Part shown: positions 10,888 through 20,454 of the stretch, in pieces
How positions within the stretch are numbered: the stretch's first letter is position 1
How the letters are laid out: the number at the start of each line of letters is the position of its first letter
From: Bacteroidales bacterium
GTDB taxonomy: Bacteria > Bacteroidota > Bacteroidia > Bacteroidales > JALTDM01
DNA length: 46,998 nt
Reading direction: 5' to 3'
Assembly: GCA_027074135.1 (NCBI GenBank)
Contig: JALTDM010000260.1
Location: 1,413-48,410 of the forward strand
The notes under the pieces: generated by a model
Seen by the model: only the letters and a program-made list of their open reading frames with translations
Told to the model about the DNA's origin: nothing
The model's database searches: none
Made by a program: the position numbers and the translations under genes

Positions 10888-11965
10888 CGGCGGTGGAACA
10901 GGAGGGCATATTTTTCCTGCCGTATCCATAGCCAACGAAATAAAAAGAAGAGAACCTTCTGCTGAAATATTGTTTGTAGGAGCAGAGGGACGAATGGAAA
11001 TGGAAAAAGTGCCGAAAGCAGGATACGAAATTATTGGTCTTACCGTGCAAGGTTTTCAAAGAAAGCTAACGCTCAAGAATTTGTCATTTTTACCGAAATT
11101 GTTAAAAAGCTTATCGAAGGCGAAAAAGATTGTTGGGGATTTTAAACCTGATATTGCTATTGGAACCGGAGGATTTGCAAGTGGACCCGTTGTTTATGCT
11201 GCAACAAAATATAAAGTACCTGTTCTTATTCAAGAGCAAAATTCATTGCCGGGTGTTACCAATAAAATTTTGAGCAAAAAAGCTAATGTTATTTGTGTGG
11301 CTTACGAAGAGGCAAAAAAATATTTTCCACCTGAAAAGGTAGTGTTGACAGGTAATCCAATACGAAAAGAAATTACGGAAATAGATGGCAAAAGGGAAGA
11401 AGCACTTAATTATTTCGGTTTGCAGCCGTATAAACCTGTTGTGTTGGTTGTTGGTGGCAGTCTGGGAGCTTTGGCAATAAATGAAGCTGTTCACGCAGGA
11501 TATGAAAAGTTAACGGAAAAAGGTGTGCAGTTGATTTGGCAAACAGGAAAGTCATATTTCGTCAGGGTGAATAATGTTGAGGATTTGCAAAAGCGGGGTG
11601 TGGTTGTCAAAGATTTTATTTATAAAATGGATTATGCGTATGCTGCTGCCGATATAATTGTTTCGCGTGCAGGTGCTATGTCTATTTCCGAACTTGCAGT
11701 GATTGGCAAGCCGGTTATTTTGGTACCGTCTCCATATGTTGCCGAAAATCACCAGTACAAAAATGCTATGGCTTTGGTGTCTAAAAATGCTGCCGTATTG
11801 GTTAAAAACGATGAGACAAAGGAAAAACTTGTGCCTGAAATTTTGAATTTGACAAAAGATGAGAAGAAACGTAGTGAATTAGGCAATAATATTAAAAAGT
11901 TTGCTAAACCGAATGCTACTCAAAGTATTGTTGATGAGGTGTTTAAATTGATAGAAAAAAGATGA
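10856..11965 (+). CDS. murG: Undecaprenyldiphospho-muramoylpentapeptide beta-N-acetylglucosaminyltransferase MurG
   Basis: ISGGGTGGHIFPA near the N-terminus. The ATG at 10856 (MKNKNLKIL) is preferred over the track start at 10808. Overlaps the ftsW tail by 32 nt. Confidence 0.95.
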   Translation: MKNKNLKILISGGGTGGHIFPAVSIANEIKRREPSAEILFVGAEGRMEMEKVPKAGYEIIGLTVQGFQRKLTLKNLSFLPKLLKSLSKAKKIVGDFKPDIAIGTGGFASGPVVYAATKYKVPVLIQEQNSLPGVTNKILSKKANVICVAYEEAKKYFPPEKVVLTGNPIRKEITEIDGKREEALNYFGLQPYKPVVLVVGGSLGALAINEAVHAGYEKLTEKGVQLIWQTGKSYFVRVNNVEDLQKRGVVVKDFIYKMDYAYAAADIIVSRAGAMSISELAVIGKPVILVPSPYVAENHQYKNAMALVSKNAAVLVKNDETKEKLVPEILNLTKDEKKRSELGNNIKKFAKPNATQSIVDEVFKLIEKR

Positions 11966-13332
11966 AATTTGAAAGTAGAAATATTAATTTTGTATATTTT
12001 ATCGGTATAGGCGGAATAGGTATGAGTGCCTTGGCACTGCATTTTAAGCGTATGGGGTTAGAGGTGAGCGGTTACGACAGGGTGCCGTCTAGGATTACGG
12101 ATATGTTGCAAAGCAAAGGCATTGAAGTTTATTTTGATGAAGATGTCAGCCACATTACACAGTTTGACAAGGACAGTTTGTTGGTTGTTTACACACCTGC
12201 CATTCCTGCCGCTCATAAGGAACTTTCTTTGGTACGCAGAGAGGGTTATTTTTTGAAAAAACGATCAGAAGTGTTGGGGGTGCTGTCGCAAAATTACAAA
12301 ACCATTGCTATAGGCGGAACTCACGGCAAAACAACCGTTACATCTATGGTAGCTCATATTTTTAAGAGTACAGGAGAAAAAGCCGTAGTGTTTTCCGGCG
12401 GAATTATGGCTAATTATGACACTAATTTCTTGTATGAAGATGAGGCGGAATATATGATTGTAGAAGCTGACGAATATGACAGGTCGTTTTTGCAACTTAA
12501 AGAAAACTTTGTGAATGTTGTTACTGCTGTAGATGCCGATCACCTTGATATTTACGGGACATATGACGAATTGAAAAGCACTTTTGTGAAATTTGCATCA
12601 TCATTGTCGGAAGAAGGTGTAGCTTTGGTAAATGCCAAGGTTAAGAATATTTTCGGTAGCATAGACAGGAAAATTACCTATGGAGTGGCTGCAGGTGATT
12701 TTTATGCGAAAAATGTAGATTACAAAAACAGCAGTTTTGATTTTTGGCGTGCTGATGAAAAACTAATGGAAATAAGTTTGAATGTGAGAGGCAAACATAA
12801 TGTTGAAAATGCCGTAGCTGCTGCAAGTGTGGCTTATTGGGCAGGTATTGAAACAAGTAAAATTGTCGAGGCTTTGAATACTTTTAAAGGAAACTGGCGA
12901 AGGTTTGAAGTGATTTTTAGTGGAGAAGGTAAAGTTTATATTGATGATTATGCACATCATCCCGAGGAAATAAAAGCGGTGTTGGAAAGTGTGAGGCAGA
13001 TGTGGCTAGATGCAAAGGTGTTGGTTGTTTTCCAACCACATTTGTATTCACGTACACGGGATTTGGCGGAAGGATTTGCCGAAGTTTTGGCAATGGCTGA
13101 TGAGCTTGTGTTGTTGCCTATTTATCCTGCAAGGGAAAAACCTATCGAGGGTGTTACTTCTGCTTGGTTGCTGGATTTGGTTGATTTGGATAGAAAACAT
13201 TTGGTTGAGAAAAGTGGTTTGGTTGAATTTGTCCGTAAATCTGATTTTGATATTTTACTTACTTTGGGTGCAGGAGATATTGACAGGTTAGTAAAGCCTT
13301 TGGCTGAAATGTTGAAACAAAAATATTCGTAA
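11962..13332 (+). CDS. murC: UDP-N-acetylmuramate--L-alanine ligase MurC
   Basis: FIGIGGIGMSALA, IGGTHGKTT, DDYAHHPEE. Confidence 0.97.
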   Translation: MKFESRNINFVYFIGIGGIGMSALALHFKRMGLEVSGYDRVPSRITDMLQSKGIEVYFDEDVSHITQFDKDSLLVVYTPAIPAAHKELSLVRREGYFLKKRSEVLGVLSQNYKTIAIGGTHGKTTVTSMVAHIFKSTGEKAVVFSGGIMANYDTNFLYEDEAEYMIVEADEYDRSFLQLKENFVNVVTAVDADHLDIYGTYDELKSTFVKFASSLSEEGVALVNAKVKNIFGSIDRKITYGVAAGDFYAKNVDYKNSSFDFWRADEKLMEISLNVRGKHNVENAVAAASVAYWAGIETSKIVEALNTFKGNWRRFEVIFSGEGKVYIDDYAHHPEEIKAVLESVRQMWLDAKVLVVFQPHLYSRTRDLAEGFAEVLAMADELVLLPIYPAREKPIEGVTSAWLLDLVDLDRKHLVEKSGLVEFVRKSDFDILLTLGAGDIDRLVKPLAEMLKQKYS

Positions 13333-13337
13333 AACGA

Positions 13338-14147
13338 ATGAAGAAATTTTTAAAAAAATATAAGTCGCTGATTTTTATTGTTGCAATTGTTTTATTTTTC
13401 ATTGCGGGTAAAATAATTGTAAGCGGGGTAAAGCAAAATATCAGGGTAAAAAATATAGAGGTTGTTATTGAAGACAGCACAATGCACCAATTCATAAATA
13501 ATGAAGAAGTGTTAAAAACATTGTTGGACAGTGGTATCGTAGTGCAAGGTAAGGTTTACGACAGTGTAAACACTTTGCGTATTGAAAACATTATCAGGAA
13601 TTTGAGTGTTGTGAAAAATGCAGAAGTGTATGTGACATTTGGTGGAACCATGTATATAAAAGTTGTGCAACGTAATCCTATTGTAAGGATAATTACTTAT
13701 GACAAAGACACTTATTACATTGATGAGGAGGGTTTTTTGATGCCTTATACAGGCAAAAATGCAACTAGAGTATTAGTTGCATCGGGCGAGATTGATGCAC
13801 CTTATGCTTTGTTCGAGAAGGATTTCAATGTTAAGCATTCAAGAATGATGTTTAATAGGGATACACTTTTGCAAGAAATTTACGAAATCTCTAAATATAT
13901 ATACGAAAATGAGTTTTGGAAAAATAATATAGAACAAATTTATGTAGCCAGTGAAAATGAATACCATTTTATACCTAAAGTAGGTAGTTTTTTTATTAAC
14001 TTTGGAGATATAAAAGACTATAAACGTAAATTTAGATATTTAAAGATTTTTTACAAAGATGTTTTGCCAAAAGTCGGCTGGAACTATTACAGCAAAATTG
14101 ATTTAAGATTTAAAAAACAAATTGTTTGTGAGAAAATAAATAATTAA
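13338..14147 (+). CDS. ftsQ: Cell division protein FtsQ (POTRA-containing)
   Basis: N-terminal TM followed by a POTRA-like region. Sits between murC and ftsA. Confidence 0.8.
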   Translation: MKKFLKKYKSLIFIVAIVLFFIAGKIIVSGVKQNIRVKNIEVVIEDSTMHQFINNEEVLKTLLDSGIVVQGKVYDSVNTLRIENIIRNLSVVKNAEVYVTFGGTMYIKVVQRNPIVRIITYDKDTYYIDEEGFLMPYTGKNATRVLVASGEIDAPYALFEKDFNVKHSRMMFNRDTLLQEIYEISKYIYENEFWKNNIEQIYVASENEYHFIPKVGSFFINFGDIKDYKRKFRYLKIFYKDVLPKVGWNYYSKIDLRFKKQIVCEKINN

Positions 14148-14158
14148 AAATATTTAAT

Positions 14159-15505
14159 ATGGAAAACAAAAATGATATTTTCGCCGTATTGGACATTGGA
14201 ACCACAAAGGTTGTTTACATTATTGCACAAAAGAATAAAGGCAAATTTGAAATACTTAAGTATGGTGAGCAGGTGTCCAGAGGTGTTCATATGGGAGAAG
14301 TGATAAATATAGACCAGGTTACAAAAGTTTTGAGTAAAGTGTTTAATGAAGTGGAAAGTGACCTTGGGTTTGAAGTAGAAGATGTGATAGTAGGTATTGC
14401 AGGCTATAATGTAAATACAAAAATAATTTCCGAATCCGTTACGCTCAATCCGGATGTACTTATCGGCGAGGAGGATATGAAAAAACTAATGGGTCAAGTA
14501 AAGCTTGCTGCAAATGATGAAGGAAACGAAGAAATTATTGATATTATACCGAAAGATTTTACCCTTGTTACCATTGAAGGGAAAGAAAAGGGAATAGAAA
14601 ATCCTGTGGGATCATACGGAAAAAGATTGTATGGAAATTTTCACATAATTACCATTAAGAAAACAATTAAAAAGCATTTGGAAACCGCATTGAGTAATAA
14701 CGGTAAAAAAGTGAAGAAATTCGTGTTGGAACCTATTGCATCTTTCCGTAGCACACTTACCGATGATGAAAAAGAATTGGGAGTTGTAATGATTGACATA
14801 GGCGGTGGTACATCGGACTTTGCCGTAGTGAAAAACAATAAATTGTTGTTGACTAATGTAAATCCCATAGGAAGCAACAAAATAACCGAAGATTTAAAAG
14901 AAATTTTTAACATAACAATACAATCTGCTGAATCACTAAAGATTAAACACGGTTCTTGCGAGCCAAGTAAAGTTGAAAAAAATTCTTTTGTTGAGGTTAA
15001 TAACAGAAAAATAGATAAAGAAGAATTGGCAAGAAATATCAGGGCTATTGTATCTGATAAAATATTGGCACCTATTTTTGGCGAAATAAACAATCATAAT
15101 TTTACAAGGAAAGATTTATCCAGGGTAGTAGTAACAGGAGGTGGTGCTCAGCTAAAACACCTTAAAGATTTAGTAGCATACAAAACTACTATAGAAACCA
15201 GGATAGGGAATCTTAAAAATACTTATGAAGTAGGTGATAGCGAATTGATTTTGGGAAAAGAATTATTATCTCCAAAGTATGCAACCGTTGTCGGATTGTT
15301 GCTTATTGCTTTTGAAGAAAAACTTTATGCGGATATTTTAGTTAAACATACCACAACGGAAGAAATAGTGAAAGAAAAAGAAACGCAAAACAAGAATGAT
15401 GATAAGAAATCCAAAGTGAAAAAAAGAAAACAAAAAGAAAATAAAAAATCTTGGTGGGAAATATTTTGGGAAAAAATAGAAAACGGAGTGGAAGACTTAG
15501 AATAA
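14159..15505 (+). CDS. ftsA: Cell division protein FtsA
   Basis: Actin-fold motifs LDIGTTKV and DIGGGTSD. C-terminal amphipathic helix WWEIFWEKI. Confidence 0.95.
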   Translation: MENKNDIFAVLDIGTTKVVYIIAQKNKGKFEILKYGEQVSRGVHMGEVINIDQVTKVLSKVFNEVESDLGFEVEDVIVGIAGYNVNTKIISESVTLNPDVLIGEEDMKKLMGQVKLAANDEGNEEIIDIIPKDFTLVTIEGKEKGIENPVGSYGKRLYGNFHIITIKKTIKKHLETALSNNGKKVKKFVLEPIASFRSTLTDDEKELGVVMIDIGGGTSDFAVVKNNKLLLTNVNPIGSNKITEDLKEIFNITIQSAESLKIKHGSCEPSKVEKNSFVEVNNRKIDKEELARNIRAIVSDKILAPIFGEINNHNFTRKDLSRVVVTGGGAQLKHLKDLVAYKTTIETRIGNLKNTYEVGDSELILGKELLSPKYATVVGLLLIAFEEKLYADILVKHTTTEEIVKEKETQNKNDDKKSKVKKRKQKENKKSWWEIFWEKIENGVEDLE

Positions 15506-15522
15506 TAATAAATTTATAATAT

Positions 15523-16818
15523 ATGATTGACATAGAAATACTTCCGGATGAAAGTAAGCCTGCAAAAAATCCAAACATTATAAAAGTTATAGGAGTGGGC
15601 GGTGCAGGCGGAAATGCTGTAAATAATATGTTTAAAAAAGGCATTCACGGCGTGGATTACTTTCTGGTTAATACTGACTCTCAGGATTTTGAAAAAAGCC
15701 CTATTCCCGACGAAAATAAAATTCAAATAGGTAAAACACTAACTTCAGGACTCGGTGCAGGTAATAATCCCGAGCAAGGAGAAGAAGCGGCAAAAGAAAG
15801 CATTGATGACCTACGGCGTATTTTTGATGAAAATACACATATGGTATTCATAACTGCAGGAATGGGAGGTGGTACGGGAACAGGTGCAGCCCCTATTGTT
15901 GCAAAAATTGCAAAGGAGAAGGAAGTTTTAACTGTTGCAGTTGTAACTATTCCTGCTCCTATCGAAGGTAAAAAAAGAGTTGAAAATGCGAAGCAGGGAC
16001 TTGATCAATTAAAGAAATATGTTGACAGTATAATTGTAATTGACAATAACAAGATAAATAAAATTTATCACGATCTTGAGGTTACAAAAGCTTGGGAAAA
16101 GGCTGATGATATTCTTGCTATTGCCGTAAAAGGTATTGCCGAAATAATAACGGTAAAAGGACATGTGAATGTTGATTTTGCTGATGTGCGTTCGGTACTG
16201 AAGAATAGCGGTGTGGCACTTATGTCGATTGGGGAAGCTGAGGGAGAGTTGCGGGAAGCGTATGCTTTAAGGGAAGCGTTAAAGTCTCCTTTACTCAATA
16301 ATAATGATATAAAAGGAGCAAAAAATGTTTTGATAAATATTTCAGCTTCCGAAGAGAATATGGTAAAAACAGTTGAGTTGGAGAGAATTCTTTCTGTGAT
16401 ACAAGCACTTACAAAAGATACTGATATTATTCACGGTCTTTCTATAAATAATGAATTAGGTAAAAAAATTAGAATCACAATTATTATTACGGGGTTTGAC
16501 GAAAAGGAACTGAATTTTAATGACAGGAGACCAGAGGTTATTAAAGATATTCTGGATATTGTTACTGATGGTGAGCCTGTTGAACCCACTGGAGTTAAAG
16601 TTGTTGATAAACCTTTTGTAAGTGAGGATGGCAGTTTTTCTACGGGTACGGATATTGGTAAAACAAAAGAACAAATAAAAAAAGAAACAGAAGAGCATAA
16701 AAAGGAATTGAGTAACGGTGATAATCATGTTGATGATGCTGATTACATTATAGAAAACATAATTTACAGAGACGGTGAAGTCGGTAAAAACTCATATTTT
16801 GACAAGAATTTAGATTAA
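15523..16818 (+). CDS. ftsZ: Cell division GTPase FtsZ
   Basis: GVGGAGGNAVNNM and the tubulin signature GGGTGTGAAP. Confidence 0.98.
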   Translation: MIDIEILPDESKPAKNPNIIKVIGVGGAGGNAVNNMFKKGIHGVDYFLVNTDSQDFEKSPIPDENKIQIGKTLTSGLGAGNNPEQGEEAAKESIDDLRRIFDENTHMVFITAGMGGGTGTGAAPIVAKIAKEKEVLTVAVVTIPAPIEGKKRVENAKQGLDQLKKYVDSIIVIDNNKINKIYHDLEVTKAWEKADDILAIAVKGIAEIITVKGHVNVDFADVRSVLKNSGVALMSIGEAEGELREAYALREALKSPLLNNNDIKGAKNVLINISASEENMVKTVELERILSVIQALTKDTDIIHGLSINNELGKKIRITIIITGFDEKELNFNDRRPEVIKDILDIVTDGEPVEPTGVKVVDKPFVSEDGSFSTGTDIGKTKEQIKKETEEHKKELSNGDNHVDDADYIIENIIYRDGEVGKNSYFDKNLD

Positions 16819-16857
16819 AAGATAAAAAGCAGGGGGCGTTTGCTTCCTGTTTTATTT

Positions 16858-17118
16858 TTACAATATTTTCCAAATCTTTTTTCCATATTTAGCTATAAGA
16901 AGTATAACATCAATTGCTTCAAAAATCAATCCTATCAATAATAGAAAATTTGCTCCGGATAAATGATTAATTTTGAATAATGCTCCCGCAACTATTACAA
17001 ACATTGTTAAAAGTAAGAAGAAAAATAAATGTTTGCCTTTTATTTTTATCATAAAACTTGTTTTCCAAGCTTTACAAAAGTAATCATTAATTTTGTAAAA
17101 TAAAAAACTTTTTGGCAT
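16858..17118 (-). CDS. Small (86 aa) two-TM membrane protein, uncharacterised, with a GldL-N-terminal-like motif
   Basis: Two hydrophobic helices (LFFFLLLTMFVIVAGALFKINH, ANFLLLIGLIFEAIDVILLIA). Lies 41 nt downstream of the radical SAM gene on the same strand. Confidence 0.5.
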   Translation of the reverse strand: MPKSFLFYKINDYFCKAWKTSFMIKIKGKHLFFFLLLTMFVIVAGALFKINHLSGANFLLLIGLIFEAIDVILLIAKYGKKIWKIL

Positions 17119-17159
17119 GTAAAGTGTAGTGGAGTTTTATTACTATTTGAAGAATTTAT

Positions 17160-18137
17160 TTATTCTTCTTTCATCGAATCATTATTTTTTAATTTTCGCA
17201 AATAAAATTTATGTTCACCATATGTGATTTCAATAATTTCACCTTTTTTTATCAGATTCTCAATAACAGAAAAATCCGAACCGGCATCAGACAACAATTT
17301 TTGTATTGCAGTATCTCTCATGGGGTGAACTGATGTGATACTCAATATATCTTTTTCTATGTCTCCAGTTTGTGAAAACTCATCGCCTTCGTATCCGATA
17401 AGGTATTCTACTTTGTTTAAGTATTTTTCGTAAGTGTTGAATGCAGAAATTAATGCGTTTTCGTCGGGAGGTAATACCCAATTTTCTGCAGGTGGACGTG
17501 TTGGAATGGATATGTAAGAGATGTCGGTGTTTAGTTTTGCAATAAATTTTGCAGTGTCTTCAATATCCTTTGCACTGTCGTTAATGTCTTTTACCAGCAT
17601 TGTTTCGGTTATTAGCTTACCGTTGAAAGCTGAGGCAAATTCTTCTAATCCAATTAATATGTCACGGAGCTTTATTTTACCGTAAGGTCTGTCTATTTTT
17701 TGCCAAATCTTTTCATCGGTTGTATCAACTTTTACAGATACCCAATCTGCTTTCAACAAGGCTTCTCGAACATCGTCCAGCATTATAAGCGAACTGTTAG
17801 TAATAACTGCTACCGGAATGCCTAGTTGTTTTATTAATTCTATTTCTTTGCTAAGATTTATGTCTAATGTGGGTTCGCCGTCCGGAACAAATGTGATGTA
17901 ATCAATTTTTTCGCCTTTACTTCTAATTTTCTCCACTTTGGATTTGGTAAGTTCAAAAATTGCTTCAGGAGCATAAAATTTAGTTAGTTCGCCTTGCATT
18001 TTAAGGGTGCGACCTATTTGACAATATACACAAGCATATGTACAAATTTTAGGTGGTATATTGTTTACACCCAAGCTATACCCAAGCCTTCTCGATGGCA
18101 CAGGTCCGAAAATCATTGTTTCATCTATTGTTTTCAT
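17160..18137 (-). CDS. Radical SAM protein, uncharacterised subfamily
   Basis: CxxxCxxC at C32/C36/C39 (CTYACVYCQ), preceded by GPVPSRRLGYSLGV. A GGEP-like element (PDGEPTL). No SPASM or twitch Cys cluster. About 70 aa of helical C-terminal extension. Alternative start at 18116. Confidence 0.9.
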   Translation of the reverse strand: MKTIDETMIFGPVPSRRLGYSLGVNNIPPKICTYACVYCQIGRTLKMQGELTKFYAPEAIFELTKSKVEKIRSKGEKIDYITFVPDGEPTLDINLSKEIELIKQLGIPVAVITNSSLIMLDDVREALLKADWVSVKVDTTDEKIWQKIDRPYGKIKLRDILIGLEEFASAFNGKLITETMLVKDINDSAKDIEDTAKFIAKLNTDISYISIPTRPPAENWVLPPDENALISAFNTYEKYLNKVEYLIGYEGDEFSQTGDIEKDILSITSVHPMRDTAIQKLLSDAGSDFSVIENLIKKGEIIEITYGEHKFYLRKLKNNDSMKEE

Positions 18138-19467
18138 TATTTCTGGGAAATGTTTTTATTTTGGATTCATTCATTTTTCTTTGTTTGTATTTTCTGTAAA
18201 CATATTCAAGCAAGACTGCTGCTGTAAAAGTAATGATACTGGTTACAAATGCACCTTTATTTGTATTCCATTGATATACCAGAATGAAACAAAAGACGGC
18301 AATAAGTACAATCAAATTGAAAAGTATAAGTATTTTATTACCTCCGTAATTTTTATATAATTTTAGATGTGAAATTAAGACAAAAATATATATAGTGGTA
18401 AAAATTATGCTTGTGATTGAAGCTATTGCATTTAGGTCAAAAAATAATGCGAAAAATAAACCTAATCCTGCAGTAATATATAAACCTTCGATGGATTTGA
18501 ACCAAACTTTTCTTTCGAAAATTTCAGGCAATTCACCGTCTTTGGCAAGAGAATAAGCTACATTGGCACCTCCGAAAATAGTAGCATTAAGTGCTGAAGA
18601 TATGGAGAATAAAGCTCCTATGGAAATTAGCAAAAATCCGAAAATTCCCAGGAATGGTTTGGCTGCTATTGCCAATGCATTTTCTTCTGCTTTTATAATT
18701 TCAGGCAATGGTAAATTTCCTATGGTAACTAAAGAAATGAGAATATAAATAATCATAACAATGAAAATACTCCAATAAATTGCTCTCGGGATGTTTTTTT
18801 GCGGATTTTTTATGTTTTCGGATGCATTGGTAATAAGGCCAAATCCCATATATGATAAAAAGAAAATTACTGAAGCATTTAATAAACCTTTTAAATGAAT
18901 TGCATCAAAATCAGGTTTTATCAGTCCAGGTTTTATGTACATTATTCCGCCCAATATGAATACCAGCAAAATGGAAATTTTTATTAATACAATATAGAAT
19001 TCTGCTTTTCCAACGGCTTTACTGCCGAAAAAATTCAGAGCAGTAAAAAATCCTATGATACCTACTTCTACAATCCCAGTGTTTAGTGCTGTATTGCTTA
19101 TATGAATCAACGGCAACAAATAACCTGCAAATCCTTTGGCAAACAGTGCTATTGAAATAACATATGTGAACCACATTAGGATGCTTAATGCTCCTGTAAT
19201 GACTCCATCTCCCACTCCTTTGATTATGAATGCAATAGGTCCTGCATTTGAGATGATTCTACCGCCAAGATGAGCATATGAATAAGCGACAGCCAGTGCA
19301 TATATTCCTGACAAAATGAATGCTTCGGGTAAGTTGTGTCCGGCAATCTTAGCTCCTAATCCGAAAATAGAAAAAATACTTGCTCCTATCATTGTGCCTA
19401 CCGCCATAGATATTACTTCAACTAAACTGAGTTTTTTGGATTCTTTCATATACATAATTTTTTGCAA
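18121..19467 (-). CDS. APC-superfamily amino acid/polyamine permease
   Basis: About 12 predicted TM helices with typical APC N-terminal features (LSLVEVISMAVGTMIGASIF). Its stop overlaps the radical SAM start by 17 nt. Confidence 0.9.
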   Translation of the reverse strand: MQKIMYMKESKKLSLVEVISMAVGTMIGASIFSIFGLGAKIAGHNLPEAFILSGIYALAVAYSYAHLGGRIISNAGPIAFIIKGVGDGVITGALSILMWFTYVISIALFAKGFAGYLLPLIHISNTALNTGIVEVGIIGFFTALNFFGSKAVGKAEFYIVLIKISILLVFILGGIMYIKPGLIKPDFDAIHLKGLLNASVIFFLSYMGFGLITNASENIKNPQKNIPRAIYWSIFIVMIIYILISLVTIGNLPLPEIIKAEENALAIAAKPFLGIFGFLLISIGALFSISSALNATIFGGANVAYSLAKDGELPEIFERKVWFKSIEGLYITAGLGLFFALFFDLNAIASITSIIFTTIYIFVLISHLKLYKNYGGNKILILFNLIVLIAVFCFILVYQWNTNKGAFVTSIITFTAAVLLEYVYRKYKQRKMNESKIKTFPRNNENNR

Positions 19468-19543
19468 AAATAGTTTTTATTTTTCCTTAATCAGTGTTTT
19501 TTACTTAGAGTTTGTATCTTAGCAATTCAAATTAAAAGACAAA

Positions 19544-20446
19544 ATGGAAAATCAAGAAAAAATAAATTTTAAAGCAGGTTTTGTAAATATAATAGGCAAC
19601 CCGAATGTAGGGAAATCAACGCTTATGAACTCGTTTATGGGCACAAAGCTTTCCATAATTACGCCCAAAGTACAAACTACCCGCCACAGGATTCTGGGCA
19701 TACTGAACGGTGAAAATTATCAAATAGTGTTTTCTGACACTCCGGGCATACTTAACCCGAAATACGAGATGCAAAAGAGGATGCTAAATTATGTTTTTTC
19801 TGCAATAGAAGATGCCGACTTGTTGCTGTATCTAACTGATATAGAGGACATAAAAAAAGTAAATGAGGAAGTGATAAATAGAGTGAACAAATTGACAATA
19901 CCCGTGCTTCTGGTTATAAACAAGATTGATATTCACAAGCAAGCGGAAATTGAAGTTGCTGCCGAATTTTGGAAAAAGTTGCTGCCAAAAGCCGAGATAC
20001 ACAAAATTTCTGCATTGAGAGGTGACAATGTTTTTGAACTTATGGATAGGATAATAGAATTGCTACCTAATCATCCTCCATATTATGACGACACCGAGTC
20101 AATTTCTGACAAAACGGAGCGTTTTTTTGTATCTGAAATTATTCGTGAAAAGATTTTTTTGAATTACCGCCAAGAAATACCATATTCGGTAGATGTACAG
20201 ATTGAAGAGTTTAAAGAAAAAGAAGATATTACTGTAATACGTGCCATGATTTATGTAAACCACCGCACACAGAAAAGCATTCTCATTGGCAAAAACGGCG
20301 AAGCAATAAAAAAAGTAGGAATACAAGCCAGGAAGGAAATTGAAATGTTTCTGGGCAAAAAAGTGTTTTTGGAACTTCGCGTGAAAGTAAAAGAAAATTG
20401 GCGTAACGATCCGAATACGCTCAGAAGGTTCGGATATACGGATTAA
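19544..20446 (+). CDS. era: GTPase Era
   Basis: G1 GNPNVGKST, G3 DTPG, G4 NKID. C-terminal KH domain (VKENWRND). Confidence 0.97.
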   Translation: MENQEKINFKAGFVNIIGNPNVGKSTLMNSFMGTKLSIITPKVQTTRHRILGILNGENYQIVFSDTPGILNPKYEMQKRMLNYVFSAIEDADLLLYLTDIEDIKKVNEEVINRVNKLTIPVLLVINKIDIHKQAEIEVAAEFWKKLLPKAEIHKISALRGDNVFELMDRIIELLPNHPPYYDDTESISDKTERFFVSEIIREKIFLNYRQEIPYSVDVQIEEFKEKEDITVIRAMIYVNHRTQKSILIGKNGEAIKKVGIQARKEIEMFLGKKVFLELRVKVKENWRNDPNTLRRFGYTD

Positions 20447-20454
20447 ACTGTTTG

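Noticed and set aside
16600-16818. The FtsZ C-terminal tail seems to lack a canonical D-I-P-x-F-L-R type FtsA-binding peptide
   Set aside because: I cannot judge this without an alignment to Bacteroidota FtsZ tails. The linker and C-terminal peptide are highly variable, so it is not reportable from the sequence alone.
16819-16857. Terminator between the convergent ftsZ and small membrane protein genes
   Set aside because: Only weak 4-5 bp stems (AAGCA/TGCTT or CAGG/CCTG) can be drawn. This is not convincing enough to call.
16858-18137. RiPP system: the 86-aa ORF as precursor peptide for the radical SAM enzyme
   Set aside because: The small protein is a two-TM membrane protein rather than a leader/core peptide. 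The radical SAM enzyme lacks SPASM/twitch or RRE-like features, and no protease or exporter genes are present.
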